A stretch of DNA of 64,000 nucleotides from an uncultured cyanobacterium (GTDB taxonomy: Bacteria; Cyanobacteriota; Cyanobacteriia; Cyanobacteriales; Nostocaceae): contig OY970166.1 in the NCBI GenBank assembly GCA_963706595.1, forward strand, positions 4,928,001-4,992,000, written 5' to 3'. Below the pieces are notes generated by a model, which was not told the DNA's origin, searched no databases, and was given only the letters and a program-made list of their open reading frames with translations. A program made the translations under genes and the position numbers. Below, piece after piece: positions 21,325-31,566 of the stretch (position 1 is the first letter of the stretch; each line of letters begins with the position of its first letter).

Positions 21325-21381
21325 ACTTCCTCTTCCTCTCTTCCTTCGCTACCTTCGTTACTTCGTGGTTCGTTTTTTTAT

Positions 21382-22479
21382 ATGAATATTTCCCCCAAAC
21401 ATCAAACCCAAAATCCCCTACTACAAAAAATCGGCAAACCCCAAAAAAGTAAGGTGAGAGACACCCATATTACCCTCGCCCACGGTAGCGGAGGTAAAGC
21501 CATGCGCGATTTAATTGAAGATATTTTTGTAAATAGCTTTGATAATCCAATTCTCTCCCAATTAGAAGACCAAGCCAGTTTAAACTTAGCTAGTCTCAGC
21601 CAACAGGGAGATAGACTAGCTTTTACAACAGATTCTTACGTTGTAGACCCTTTATTTTTTCCCGGTAGTGATATTGGCGAATTAGCAATTAATGGCACTA
21701 TTAATGATTTAGCCGTCAGTGGGGCTAAACCTTTATATCTCACTTGTAGCGTTATTATAGAAGAAGGATTAGAAGTAGAAACTTTGCGGCGTGTCGTTGC
21801 TAGTATGAAATTAGCCGCCCAACAAACTGGCGTGCAAATTGTCACAGGTGACACAAAAGTTGTCCAACGTGGTGCTGCCGATAAACTATTTATTAATACT
21901 ACAGGTATTGGGGTAATTCCTCAAGGAATTAACATTTCATCCCATAATATCCAAGTGGGAGATGTGGTAATTATTAATGGCGAATTGGGAAATCATGGTG
22001 CAGCAATTTTAATCGCCCGTGGGGAATTAGCATTAGAAACTAATATCGAAAGTGACTGTCAACCTTTGCATAGTTTAGTAGAAAGTATCCTCAGCGTTTG
22101 TCCTGATGTTCATGCTATGCGCGATGCTACACGGGGCGGTTTAGCGACAGTTTTAAATGAGTTTTCTGTGAGTTCTGGTGTAGGTATTCGTCTCGATGAA
22201 GAATCTATCCCGGTGCGGGAAGAAGTTAAAGGAGTTTGTGAAATACTAGGTTTAGATCCTTTGTATTTGGCGAATGAAGGGAAGTTAGTGGTGGTGGTAG
22301 CTGGTGAGAATGCTGAAGTTGTTTTATCAGCTATGAAGTCACACTCAGCCGGGAAGGATGCTTGTGTTATTGGTGAGGTTATTGCTTCACCTGCGGGTGT
22401 GGTTTTGTTAAGAACTGCTTTTGGGACTGAACGTATTGTTGATATGTTGGTGGGTGAACAATTACCGAGGATTTGTTGA
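21382..22479 (+). CDS. hypE: Hydrogenase maturation protein HypE
   Basis: HGSGGK, TTDSYVV, MRDATRGG, terminal PRIC. Confidence 0.96.
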   Translation: MNISPKHQTQNPLLQKIGKPQKSKVRDTHITLAHGSGGKAMRDLIEDIFVNSFDNPILSQLEDQASLNLASLSQQGDRLAFTTDSYVVDPLFFPGSDIGELAINGTINDLAVSGAKPLYLTCSVIIEEGLEVETLRRVVASMKLAAQQTGVQIVTGDTKVVQRGAADKLFINTTGIGVIPQGINISSHNIQVGDVVIINGELGNHGAAILIARGELALETNIESDCQPLHSLVESILSVCPDVHAMRDATRGGLATVLNEFSVSSGVGIRLDEESIPVREEVKGVCEILGLDPLYLANEGKLVVVVAGENAEVVLSAMKSHSAGKDACVIGEVIASPAGVVLLRTAFGTERIVDMLVGEQLPRIC

Positions 22480-22688
22480 TTTTTTGGAATAACGAACCGC
22501 CAAGTCGCCAAGTACGCCAAGGAAGAGAGAATGATTATTTAGAGAATGTTTGAAAAGTATTGTTTATTACCCAAAAATTTTATAAACCTAACCGCCATTC
22601 CCTTGTAGGGAATGGGTGTTTCAAAGCCTCTCTCCTTGTAGGAGAGAGGTTTGGAGAGAGGTTTTTAGTATACTCAGCACTTAATTTT

Positions 22689-23018
22689 ATGCACGAATTA
22701 GGAATTACGCAAAATATTGTGGCTATTGTTAGTGAACACGCCCAAGGTGCAAAGGTTCAACGGGTGGTGTTAGAAATTGGTCAACTTTCGGCGATTTTAC
22801 CTGATGCTATTGAGTTCTGTTTTGATATCTGTACTCAAGGTACGGTTTTGGTGGGGGCGATATTAGAAATTAGGGAAATTCCTGGTTTAGCACGTTGTCG
22901 TGAATGTGGTGCAGAAATACATTTAAATAAACCTTTTGGTGTATGTGGCTGTGGTAGCGTGCAGTTAGACTTAATAGCTGGTGAAGAATTGAAAATTAAG
23001 GAAATCGAAATAGAGTAA
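22689..23018 (+). CDS. hypA: Nickel metallochaperone HypA
   Basis: MHELGI, CREC...CGC; true start at 22689. Confidence 0.93.
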   Translation: MHELGITQNIVAIVSEHAQGAKVQRVVLEIGQLSAILPDAIEFCFDICTQGTVLVGAILEIREIPGLARCRECGAEIHLNKPFGVCGCGSVQLDLIAGEELKIKEIEIE

Positions 23019-23020
23019 TT

Positions 23021-23872
23021 ATGTGTGTAACTTGCGGTTGTTCTGATGATGCTGAAAGCACAATTACTAATTTAGAAACTGGTGAGGTTGAACACAATCA
23101 GCATGATCATACTCACACTTTACCTGATGGGACTATAATCACTCATTCTCATAGTCATAACACTCAGCATGAAGCTTCTCAAGTTCATGCCAAAATACAT
23201 AATACAACAATATCTTTAGAACAAGATATTTTAGCGAAAAATAATTTGATAGCAGCCCAAAATCGGGGATGGTTTAAAGGACGCAATATTTTAGCTTTAA
23301 ATTTAATGAGTTCTCCTGGTTCGGGTAAAACAACTCTGTTAACTCGGACTATTCATGATTTAAAGCATCAGCTACCTATTAGTGTAATTGAAGGCGACCA
23401 AGAAACAGCTAATGATGCCGAAAAGATTAGGGAAACTGGCTGTAAAGTTGTGCAAATTAATACAGGTACTGGTTGTCATTTAGAAGCCTCTATGATTGAT
23501 AGGGGTTTACAGCAATTAAACCCGCCTCTCGATTCGGTGGTGATGATTGAAAATGTCGGAAATTTGGTTTGTCCGGCTTTGTTTGATTTGGGAGAACACG
23601 CTAAGGTGGTTATTCTCTCGGTAACTGAGGGAGAGGATAAGCCGATTAAATATCCCCATATATTTCGTGCTAGCGATATCATGATTTTGACTAAGGTTGA
23701 TTTGCTACCTTATGTGCAGTTTGATGTGCAGAAATGTATAGATTACGCCCGACAGGTGAATCCTCAAATTCAAATTTTTCAGGTTTCTGCTACTACTGGT
23801 GCTGGTTTAGAAAATTGGTATGGGTGGCTATATGCAAAAGTGGCTAATTTATCAATTCCGGTTTCTGTTTAA
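23021..23872 (+). CDS. hypB: Nickel incorporation GTPase HypB
   Basis: MCVTCGC, His-rich linker, SSPGSGKTT, ENVGNLVCP. Confidence 0.96.
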   Translation: MCVTCGCSDDAESTITNLETGEVEHNQHDHTHTLPDGTIITHSHSHNTQHEASQVHAKIHNTTISLEQDILAKNNLIAAQNRGWFKGRNILALNLMSSPGSGKTTLLTRTIHDLKHQLPISVIEGDQETANDAEKIRETGCKVVQINTGTGCHLEASMIDRGLQQLNPPLDSVVMIENVGNLVCPALFDLGEHAKVVILSVTEGEDKPIKYPHIFRASDIMILTKVDLLPYVQFDVQKCIDYARQVNPQIQIFQVSATTGAGLENWYGWLYAKVANLSIPVSV

Positions 23873-24211
23873 TTTCTATACCGGAAAATTGGAAAATATT
23901 ATCATTCAAAAAAGTAAATCTCAATGAACACAGATAAGACAAGATATCTGTGTTTTTTCGTGTGTTTACTAATTTGTAAAGTATCTAATTCACAGGTTAA
24001 GTTCATTTATTTGGTCTTTGTATTTTGATTTAACCTTTTAATTAACAACAATTCTTGGTTTATTAAATCCGTCTGAAGTTCAATGAAAAAATGATTTATT
24101 TTTATCAAAAATAAATAGTGCATATTCTTTTTTTACTGGCACTGCATAAATTTTAAATAATGCACTTCAGGGTTTAAGTAGCAAAGCTATATTGCAACGC
24201 AGATAATCACT

Positions 24212-24913
24212 ATGGTCAATGTAATCGCTCGTGACACTGACAAAGGACTCCTTACTTACATTATTCAATTCCTAGCATCTAGTACCCTAAAAATTGACGA
24301 TGGTCGCACTGATGCAGTATTTGACTTTGAAGACGCACTTGATCAAACGGAAATGGCACAGTTAGCCGTTAATGAACTTAAAAAAATCCCGGAAGTGAAT
24401 GTCTTGTTTAAAGAACGCTGGCTTCCTACTCCTTTCAATCTGGAGGAATTAAGCCAACTTCCAGAGGGTACTTTGGGTCATGTTTATGCTCATAAAATTA
24501 AGTCTGAAGACTTTAATCCCTACTTCTACAAAACGGTTCCTGTAGTTGATGATATCTCTTATCTCAAAATGCTTTGGAGAACTACCCATGATATTTATCA
24601 TGTGGTTGGGGGATTTGATACTGATGAAATTGGTGAAATTGGGCTACAAGCTTTCTTTATCGCTCAAACCCCGATTCCTATCAGCGCCATGATTGTGAGT
24701 TTTGGTCTGGTGATGATTAGTCTTTACCAACCACATAACTGCAAATATTTAATGTCCGAAATTTCCCGTGGTTACAATCTTGGTTCCCAAACTCCAGGTA
24801 AGTTTATTGCTCAAAAATGGGATAAATATTGGGATGTCCAGATTAGCGATATTCGGGCTAGTTTGGGAATGAAGCCTAGTTTGTCAAACAGATCCTTAGC
24901 AGCTAAGATTTAG
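24212..24913 (+). CDS. Coq4-like protein
   Basis: LPEGTLG, HDIYHVVGGF...GEIGLQAF. Confidence 0.75.
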   Translation: MVNVIARDTDKGLLTYIIQFLASSTLKIDDGRTDAVFDFEDALDQTEMAQLAVNELKKIPEVNVLFKERWLPTPFNLEELSQLPEGTLGHVYAHKIKSEDFNPYFYKTVPVVDDISYLKMLWRTTHDIYHVVGGFDTDEIGEIGLQAFFIAQTPIPISAMIVSFGLVMISLYQPHNCKYLMSEISRGYNLGSQTPGKFIAQKWDKYWDVQISDIRASLGMKPSLSNRSLAAKI

Positions 24914-25004
24914 CCACAAATTTCCGAGAGTTATGTCTGTTTTAATTCTCTCCCCGAAGGCGGGGAAGAGTAAGATTATATTAGGCAATTCGAGAGGTTT
25001 GCGA

Positions 25005-25376
25005 TTAAAGCCAATCCCGATAAGCCGAAATTTCATTGACGCTGATTTCAAATGGCTGCCCTTTACCAAATGGAGGATAAACGCGGATTTTGGCGTTACT
25101 GGTAAACCTCTCTAGTCTATTCCCTAATTGAGCAATGTTACTGACTATATGCCAGTAAGATACTATGTCAGGGCAGTCAATAATTAGGGTCAGGGTTGTG
25201 CTATTCTTGGTCAGATACCATTGACAGTTTGATAATAAGACTTGCGTAATGCGATCGCAAGCGTGAAAAAAGCATCTGCCAATAGATCGTTCTAACTCCA
25301 AATGCAGCATTCCATCCTGTTTCGTTACCTCAGTGGGTGGTAAATCATCGGGAGGAAGCTGGTACAGTTTAGACAT
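25005..25376 (-). CDS. Hypothetical protein
   Basis: 123 aa, overlaps the stop of the LLM gene. Confidence 0.7.
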   Translation of the reverse strand: MSKLYQLPPDDLPPTEVTKQDGMLHLELERSIGRCFFHACDRITQVLLSNCQWYLTKNSTTLTLIIDCPDIVSYWHIVSNIAQLGNRLERFTSNAKIRVYPPFGKGQPFEISVNEISAYRDWL

Positions 25377-26373
25377 AATTCCGAACCTCTTGGTTGTAGC
25401 GCTCTAAACTTTCTAAGTTCTTTTGCAGAACAAAAGAAGAGGGTTTGAGCGCTAATGTACCGATATTTAACTCGGATTGAAATTTTTTGATTTTGTCTCG
25501 ACAAGTCCTCACATCACCGATAATTGAGTTCTCAATCAAATAGTCTTCGTCGAAACAAATATTTGTGCGGTCAAATGGTTTCTGATTGGGATTCTTACTT
25601 TTTTGGATGACTTCAGCCGAGTTTGCTTGCATTTTTTGGCTGAATTTGCGAATGAATGGTAATGCTTCACTCACGGCTTCATCGGAGGTTTTACCAACAT
25701 AAAAGAAGCGCGCCAATACAAGTTTTTCTGAGCCGCTAGTATTGAATTCTCGATACTTAGCTACGGTGTTTTTCAATCTCTCTAAGGAGAATGGTGGACC
25801 CCCCATTAAGCCAAAGGAATTTTGGGCGGCAAATTCGATGCCTTGATCGTCACCAGTGGCGATGTAAACTGGAATTTGAGCCTGTAATGGTTTGGGGTAA
25901 ATTGTCAAGCGATCGCATTGATAATACTGCCCATTAAATGACACGTTGTCATCATATAGCAGCTTTTGAATTAAGGCGATCGCTTCTAACATTTTGGGGC
26001 GAGATTCACCCATTGGTGTACCAAAATGCTTATTATGCTCAGGAAATGGACCTCCTTTCGCCACTCCAAATAACAATCTGCCATTACACAAATTATCCAA
26101 AGTAGCAATATCTTCCGCTACCCGAATCGGGTTATGAAATGGCAATAATACCGCCGCCGTCGCTAATTGAATCTTTGACGTAAGCCCCGCTAGGTGTGCC
26201 ATTAACAGCAACATAGACGAACTGAGATTGAATTCATTAAAATGATGTTCACTCACCCAGGCTGAGTCAAAACCTAAGCTTTCCGCCTGTTGTACTAGCG
26301 CGACTTGCTCAAAGATTGTGCGGCTGGTATTCTGATGATGATTTTCGTAATTGCAAAAAATTCCAGTTTTCAT
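25369..26373 (-). CDS. LLM-class (luciferase-like) flavin-dependent oxidoreductase
   Basis: AESLGFDSAWVSEHHF, PIRVAEDIATLD; start MKTGIF overlaps the upstream TGA. Confidence 0.88.
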   Translation of the reverse strand: MKTGIFCNYENHHQNTSRTIFEQVALVQQAESLGFDSAWVSEHHFNEFNLSSSMLLLMAHLAGLTSKIQLATAAVLLPFHNPIRVAEDIATLDNLCNGRLLFGVAKGGPFPEHNKHFGTPMGESRPKMLEAIALIQKLLYDDNVSFNGQYYQCDRLTIYPKPLQAQIPVYIATGDDQGIEFAAQNSFGLMGGPPFSLERLKNTVAKYREFNTSGSEKLVLARFFYVGKTSDEAVSEALPFIRKFSQKMQANSAEVIQKSKNPNQKPFDRTNICFDEDYLIENSIIGDVRTCRDKIKKFQSELNIGTLALKPSSFVLQKNLESLERYNQEVRNYV

Positions 26374-26756
26374 TGTAGGCGATCGCAATTTAAAGTTGTC
26401 ACCCATTGCAACTCCAACCATAAACGGGGATTGGTATGCTTGAGCTTCGACATCGGGTCTCGTAGCAATCGCGACCCGTTCATACAAACTACTTGAATTA
26501 GCCCCATATTATCTGCCAGTTCTCTGAGGACATCTTTTTGGGCTTGCACATAGGGAAGCATTTTTTCCGAGCAGTAAATCCCTACATATTGCAAACGTCT
26601 AGCTGGTCGTCCCCAAAAACAGGTGATGACTTTCACATGACACCCGTCTAGCAATTCCCCAAGTGTTGGGTAATAGTGAGTGACGACTCTTGTGAACTCT
26701 TTAGCTAGGATATGTTCAGCAATCATACCAACTGATATTTCTGTAGCGTTCATCAC
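26370..26756 (-). CDS. Hypothetical protein
   Basis: 128 aa, ATGA-coupled to the LLM gene. Confidence 0.7.
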   Translation of the reverse strand: MMNATEISVGMIAEHILAKEFTRVVTHYYPTLGELLDGCHVKVITCFWGRPARRLQYVGIYCSEKMLPYVQAQKDVLRELADNMGLIQVVCMNGSRLLRDPMSKLKHTNPRLWLELQWVTTLNCDRLQ

Positions 26757-26868
26757 GCTATTTAATATAACATATTATTGTCAATTAAACCTGACAAATT
26801 ACACGATTTCTTTCTTTTTTGCTATTAGACATCTCTGACAAAGAAAACGCATATTTTAATTCAGTCGA

Positions 26869-26981
26869 TAAGTAGCTCAAACTTAAAAAGCTTAATACCT
26901 AATACCCAGATCACCGACTTCTCTAAGCAGTCGGGGATCTATATCTTCAAGGTTTTATGTTTAATTATCTTGACCTACTTA
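26869..26981. repeat. TAAGTAG...CTACTTA MITE-like element with an internal AGATC(C/A)CCGACT hairpin; second copy at 60202-60307
   Basis: Two closely similar ~110-bp copies with terminal inverted repeats. Confidence 0.75.
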
Positions 26982-27154
26982 CCTATAAAAAAATGAGGCG
27001 TGCTTGAGTTTAGCATCACCTCATCTCATCATCCTATGGAATTGTGACAAACTTCAGAATTCGGTTGATCAAATTGGGAGAAGGTTTTAAATAGCAAACT
27101 CAAAATCTTCAGCTTTAATTAATGTACATTCTGAATTTTGAATTTTAATGAATA

Positions 27155-27466
27155 TCAACGAGCTTTACGCTCTGCTACTAAAACTTCAGCTACCATTTCT
27201 GGAACATCGACAAAATCTGAAAATCCTTCTGAAGCCGGAATTGGCGAAATAAATGTATAGTTGGGGTCACACATTCCCGTATCATAGACTTCAATAAACC
27301 AACGATCCGGAAACCCTTCGACACCCAATTCCACAATGTACCAACTCTCGCCAATCAGCCGAGAGCCAAACATGACAAACCACTCTCGATGATCTTCTGA
27401 AATGTTCCAATCTGCCATGAGGAACTCTAACGCAATTTGTCCAGCGTCGGTTTCAGTCAGCAGCAT
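27155..27466 (-). CDS. Hypothetical protein
   Basis: 103 aa, AAGGAG RBS. Confidence 0.7.
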   Translation of the reverse strand: MLLTETDAGQIALEFLMADWNISEDHREWFVMFGSRLIGESWYIVELGVEGFPDRWFIEVYDTGMCDPNYTFISPIPASEGFSDFVDVPEMVAEVLVAERKAR

Positions 27467-27468
27467 AT

Positions 27469-27735
27469 TTACTCCTTACTTGCAACTTCTGAATTGGGGA
27501 CTTCAGGATATAAGCCCAGTTGCTTTGCTAATTCACGAGCCACAAAAAACAAAAACTGAGCGCCTTCTTGATTACCACCATGGGCAAAACTAGCTGCTAC
27601 TTGTAACATTGTTTCCACGAAAGGAGCATCAATCAATTCTGGTTGAGATTCTAAAATTTCTGGTTCTTGACCATTCGGACATTTAAGTAATTGGTCAATG
27701 AGATCGAAATATTGGATTTGGCGTTCTTCTGTCAT
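27469..27735 (-). CDS. Hypothetical protein
   Basis: MTEERQIQY...LLKCPNGQE; operon spacing. Confidence 0.7.
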   Translation of the reverse strand: MTEERQIQYFDLIDQLLKCPNGQEPEILESQPELIDAPFVETMLQVAASFAHGGNQEGAQFLFFVARELAKQLGLYPEVPNSEVASKE

Positions 27736-27776
27736 GGTAATTTTGTTTCTTGAATGAGTAAAATTTGCAGAGAGGA

Positions 27777-28202
27777 TTACTCGATACTTTGCTGCCAAAG
27801 CCTTTCCAACATTTCAACTTGTTCTTTTAAGATAGCAGCACGATAAACAAGATATCTGTCATAAACAATAATCCCTAATCCTACAAAAATAGGGGTGATT
27901 AAGACAAACCATTGCAAAATGCTCGCCAGTCTATATTGCTCGGCAGCAATTAATAATCGATTCACAAGATTACGATCAGAGATTTCGTTTTTTGTCTGAT
28001 ATTCAGATAAACTTGTACTTGTTTCTGGGGAAAATAAGGCAGAATTACCTGGAGGATTTTTGTTGATTTCACAGGCTAAATTCTGCATTTTAACGAACTC
28101 AATATGTCGTCCCCAAACTATACTGAATACTACTATCCCCGGAGAAAGCACTACTAAGGTAACTAAACAAACTGTGAGAACATTTAGAAGTTTAACTTTC
28201 AT
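27777..28202 (-). CDS. Hypothetical membrane protein
   Basis: Two hydrophobic segments; AAGGAG RBS. Confidence 0.7.
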   Translation of the reverse strand: MKVKLLNVLTVCLVTLVVLSPGIVVFSIVWGRHIEFVKMQNLACEINKNPPGNSALFSPETSTSLSEYQTKNEISDRNLVNRLLIAAEQYRLASILQWFVLITPIFVGLGIIVYDRYLVYRAAILKEQVEMLERLWQQSIE

Positions 28203-29182
28203 ATTTGCTCTCCTTCTCTAGGTAATCTGTACCCAGATGAATATCTGTTCTTGTTTACCTAACCAGCTTTTGCTTTCCACTGTTCAAACATTTCGGATAC
28301 TAAAGTTTAACCATTTATCAGCGCTCAGTTTGTTCACTGAAGACTGAAAACTTACCAATTTTTCCACAAAAGCTATAGTTATCAACTTAGGACTAACATT
28401 TTCCTAACCAGAGGAGTTAAGAAGTCCCCCCTAATTCTGTGGGTAAAACCCTAAGAACTTCGGGGGGTAGAGGGGAATCTCTGCGTAAATCCTACAAAAT
28501 TTATAGCAGTCGTCCCTGTTGATGCGAGTTTAACCTGGGTGAATTAAGATTATTAAACTTATTAAAGTTGTACTCAAAGCCTATAACTTCTATCTCATCA
28601 GGCTTAGATAAATTTTTCGGGGTATGGGTACGAGTATTTATGATCTGGGGTGCTAGTGTTTATGAGGTGGGGTACTAGTATTTCTGCACTCAGGCTTAAA
28701 GCTATGTAGAGCAATGGTAGAGGGCAGTTTTGATGCTGTTTTTTGATCCTTAAAGGTTGTACTCAAATAAATAGATTATGTGGTGAGTCTACACTAAATT
28801 TCCCGGAAAATCTATTATTTTTTGATTGTAAATGCAGCCTCATATACTAAATATAAATTATAAAAAGTTAAATGTACAACTTTTTCATCCAGGAAGTAAA
28901 CTTCTGTTAACCGGATTATGTCAACAATAAACAAATGAACTTCGCCTAGACAAAGACAGTAGAATTAAACTATGAAGTTGGACTATGGTAACTAAAAAAC
29001 ATTACTGGTCAAGGACAAGTGAGAAAATGACTGCTAATTGATGATTTAAACGGTCAATTCCGAATTTTGATTAGAGTAGATAATCTAGACTTTTACTCAC
29101 ACCGCATAGAAATTAAATACGTACAAGTTGATTTTTACTAGTGAATAATTGGTCATAGGCGTAAAATCATAGGAGTTAATTT

Positions 29183-30142
29183 ATGAGAATTGCTAAAGAT
29201 ATTACCGAACTTATTGGTAGAACGCCTTTAGTTCAATTGAATAAAATTCCTCAAGCTGAGGGAGTGGGCGCGAGGATTATTGTCAAACTCGAAGGTATGA
29301 ACCCAGCCGCTTCAGTCAAAGACCGGATTGGCATTAGTATGGTTTTGGCGGCAGAAGCCGAGGGTTTAATTGAGCCGGGAAAAACGATTTTAGTTGAGCC
29401 AACTTCCGGAAATACAGGTATTGCTTTAGCGATGGTAGCAGCAGCGCGTGGCTACAGTTTAATTTTGACAATGCCAGAGACAATGAGCCAAGAACGACGC
29501 GCTATGCTCAAAGCCTATGGTGCAACTTTAGAATTAACACCAGGCGCTGAAGGAATGCGAGGAGCGATTAATAAAGCGGAAGCAATTGTGGCAAATACTC
29601 CCAATGCTTTAATGCTGCAACAGTTTCGCAACCCAGCCAACCCCAAAATTCACAGAGAAACTACCGCCGAAGAAATTTGGGCAGATACTGACGGAGAGGT
29701 TGATTTCGTGATTGCTGGAGTCGGGACTGGTGGGACGATTACAGGGATTGCAGAAGTATTAAAACAATACAAGCCGAGTTTGCAAGCGATCGCAGTTGAA
29801 CCCAGCAATAGCCCCATCCTTTCTGGTGGTGCAGCCGGACCGCACAAAATCCAAGGTATTGGCGCAGGATTCGTCCCAGACGTGCTACGCCTAGAACTAA
29901 TTGATGAAGTGATTAGAGTCAGTGATGAACAAGCGATCGCTTATGGGCGACGTTTAGCCAAAGAAGAAGGATTATTATCTGGTATATCCTCCGGTGCGGC
30001 TTTATGTGCAGCAATTCAAGTCGGTCAACGCCCAGAAAATGCCGGTAAGTTAATTGTGATGATTCAGCCTTCCTTTGGAGAACGTTACCTCAGCACGCCG
30101 ATGTTCCAAGATTTGTCTTTAGACTCTGCTCATTTGCGTTAA
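29183..30142 (+). CDS. cysK: Cysteine synthase A
   Basis: [32 protein letters not shown]. Confidence 0.95.
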   Translation: MRIAKDITELIGRTPLVQLNKIPQAEGVGARIIVKLEGMNPAASVKDRIGISMVLAAEAEGLIEPGKTILVEPTSGNTGIALAMVAAARGYSLILTMPETMSQERRAMLKAYGATLELTPGAEGMRGAINKAEAIVANTPNALMLQQFRNPANPKIHRETTAEEIWADTDGEVDFVIAGVGTGGTITGIAEVLKQYKPSLQAIAVEPSNSPILSGGAAGPHKIQGIGAGFVPDVLRLELIDEVIRVSDEQAIAYGRRLAKEEGLLSGISSGAALCAAIQVGQRPENAGKLIVMIQPSFGERYLSTPMFQDLSLDSAHLR

Positions 30143-30241
30143 GAAAAATTAGAAATTAGTCTCATCACTTCTCAGAAATATCAACAAGAAGTGATGATTA
30201 ATTTCTTCCCTACAATGATTTACCGGAAATACCAGTTCGCC

Positions 30242-30706
30242 CTAATGCTTACAACCACCTTCATGATGATGGTCATGACTATGACCGTGAGCGCAACCTT
30301 GTAAATTTTGACTCGTGAGACTTTCGCTGACAGATCGTAAAGACTCATCCACAGGCTTTAAGCCAATCCAAGCATCGATTGCTTCCACATCGAAACCGAC
30401 CTCACGGCGACTTTCTACTTCTAGTAAAGGACGGCGAATTAACAAAGGGTCTTCCAACATTAGTTCTAAAGCTTTTTGGGCATCAATTTTTTCCGGAACC
30501 ACCTCGCCAGATTTTATCTTGGGAGCAGAACGATTGAACCATTCAGCCACGGGGCGATCGCCAAAAAACGACCGCAAGCGCTCAATTGTCCAAGGTTCTT
30601 TTAACAGATTGCACACGACAACTTCATGACCAGCAGCAGTGAGCAAAACTTTTTGCTTGACACCACCTTTACAACCTGGCTTCTCATAGAAAATTACTCT
30701 AGCCAT
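30242..30706 (-). CDS. ArsC-family nitrogenase-associated protein
   Basis: FYEKPGC...PLLIRRPL; His-rich tail; nif-related context. Confidence 0.8.
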   Translation of the reverse strand: MARVIFYEKPGCKGGVKQKVLLTAAGHEVVVCNLLKEPWTIERLRSFFGDRPVAEWFNRSAPKIKSGEVVPEKIDAQKALELMLEDPLLIRRPLLEVESRREVGFDVEAIDAWIGLKPVDESLRSVSESLTSQNLQGCAHGHSHDHHHEGGCKH

Positions 30707-30758
30707 TGCACTTACTCCCAATTTACGAAATAATCATTCTTCTCCCTCATTCCCCTCA

Positions 30759-31376
30759 TCAAAACTTCTTCGCTGTATGAGTAACTGAGTCAAACTCAAA
30801 CCTCTCCTGCGGATCAGTTTCTCCATAAACATTAAAAGTCACAGTTGGTTCCTCACCCACTGCTTCCACACTGTGAATTGCATCGGGAGTGAAGCTCACA
30901 ATATCTCCTGGAAATAAAGTTATCTCTCCCGTAGGTGCAATTTTGTTTACACAATCAGGGCTGTGGGTACGTTGCCAAGAAGTATTTTTTTCTTGCCCTT
31001 TTAACACAGCCACAACCCCCCACGTCCCATGATTATGAATAGTTGAACGAGTTCCCGGTGCAAATGTGACTGTTTGCACAGTTAAGGGAAAACCCAATTC
31101 ATCATACAGAAGTAAAACAGAGTTTCCCGTTGCCGGATCAGGTTCTGAATATTGACTTTGTACCCAGTAGGAATTGACAACCAAGCGCCTGACAAGCATT
31201 CGGATTTCTGGCAAACGACTTGATTCATCATCTACCCCATTGAGAACATCTTCCACCTCAGTTAAAAACCGATAGAGGCGATAATTCTCTCTTAATAAAT
31301 CCCATGCTCTCACGGATTTACAAGCTTGATATAGACCATTGCCAGTTACTAGCCAATCCTTACCTTTGATCATCAT
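30759..31376 (-). CDS. Cupin / cysteine dioxygenase-like protein
   Basis: STIHNHGTWGVV...GQE...IHSV. Confidence 0.75.
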   Translation of the reverse strand: MMIKGKDWLVTGNGLYQACKSVRAWDLLRENYRLYRFLTEVEDVLNGVDDESSRLPEIRMLVRRLVVNSYWVQSQYSEPDPATGNSVLLLYDELGFPLTVQTVTFAPGTRSTIHNHGTWGVVAVLKGQEKNTSWQRTHSPDCVNKIAPTGEITLFPGDIVSFTPDAIHSVEAVGEEPTVTFNVYGETDPQERFEFDSVTHTAKKF

Positions 31377-31543
31377 TAAATCATCAATTGAGAAGACTGA
31401 GGCAACACCAAGATAGGAGGAGTCAGACTACTAGGAGTACCAGGGCGAGGAGGCAAAGGACTGATGATCACCACAGGTAGAAAAGGACTAGAAGTTTCAG
31501 TTTCAGATAATGACATGGGTTGGTAGATGGAAAAACTATTCAT
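31376..31543 (-). CDS. Possible 55-aa Pro/Ser-rich small protein (not in ORF track)
   Basis: MNSFSIYQPMSLSETETSSPFLPVVIISPLPPRPGTPSSLTPPILVLPQSSQLMI; stop overlaps the cupin ATG (TAATG). Confidence 0.35.
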   Translation of the reverse strand: MNSFSIYQPMSLSETETSSPFLPVVIISPLPPRPGTPSSLTPPILVLPQSSQLMI

Positions 31544-31566
31544 AGTTGTCGATTCTTTTTAGTTAA

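Larger units (their letters stand above)
19821..22523. repeat. Perfect 33-bp inverted repeat pair (19821-19853 and 22491-22523) of the CTTGGCG...GGTTCG family
   Basis: TCCTTGGCGTACTTGGCGACTTGGCGGTTCGTT and its exact reverse complement; relatives at 11896, 14903, 17118, 19501, 21343, 48104, 62346. Confidence 0.8.

Noticed and set aside
14000..23000. Diversity-generating retroelement as the cause of the base skew
   Set aside because: No reverse transcriptase or template/variable repeat pair; bias is mostly synonymous and involves both transition classes
28626..28690. Possible CRISPR array
   Set aside because: 22-bp period leaves no room for spacers; no cas genes; no CRISPR array seen anywhere in the window
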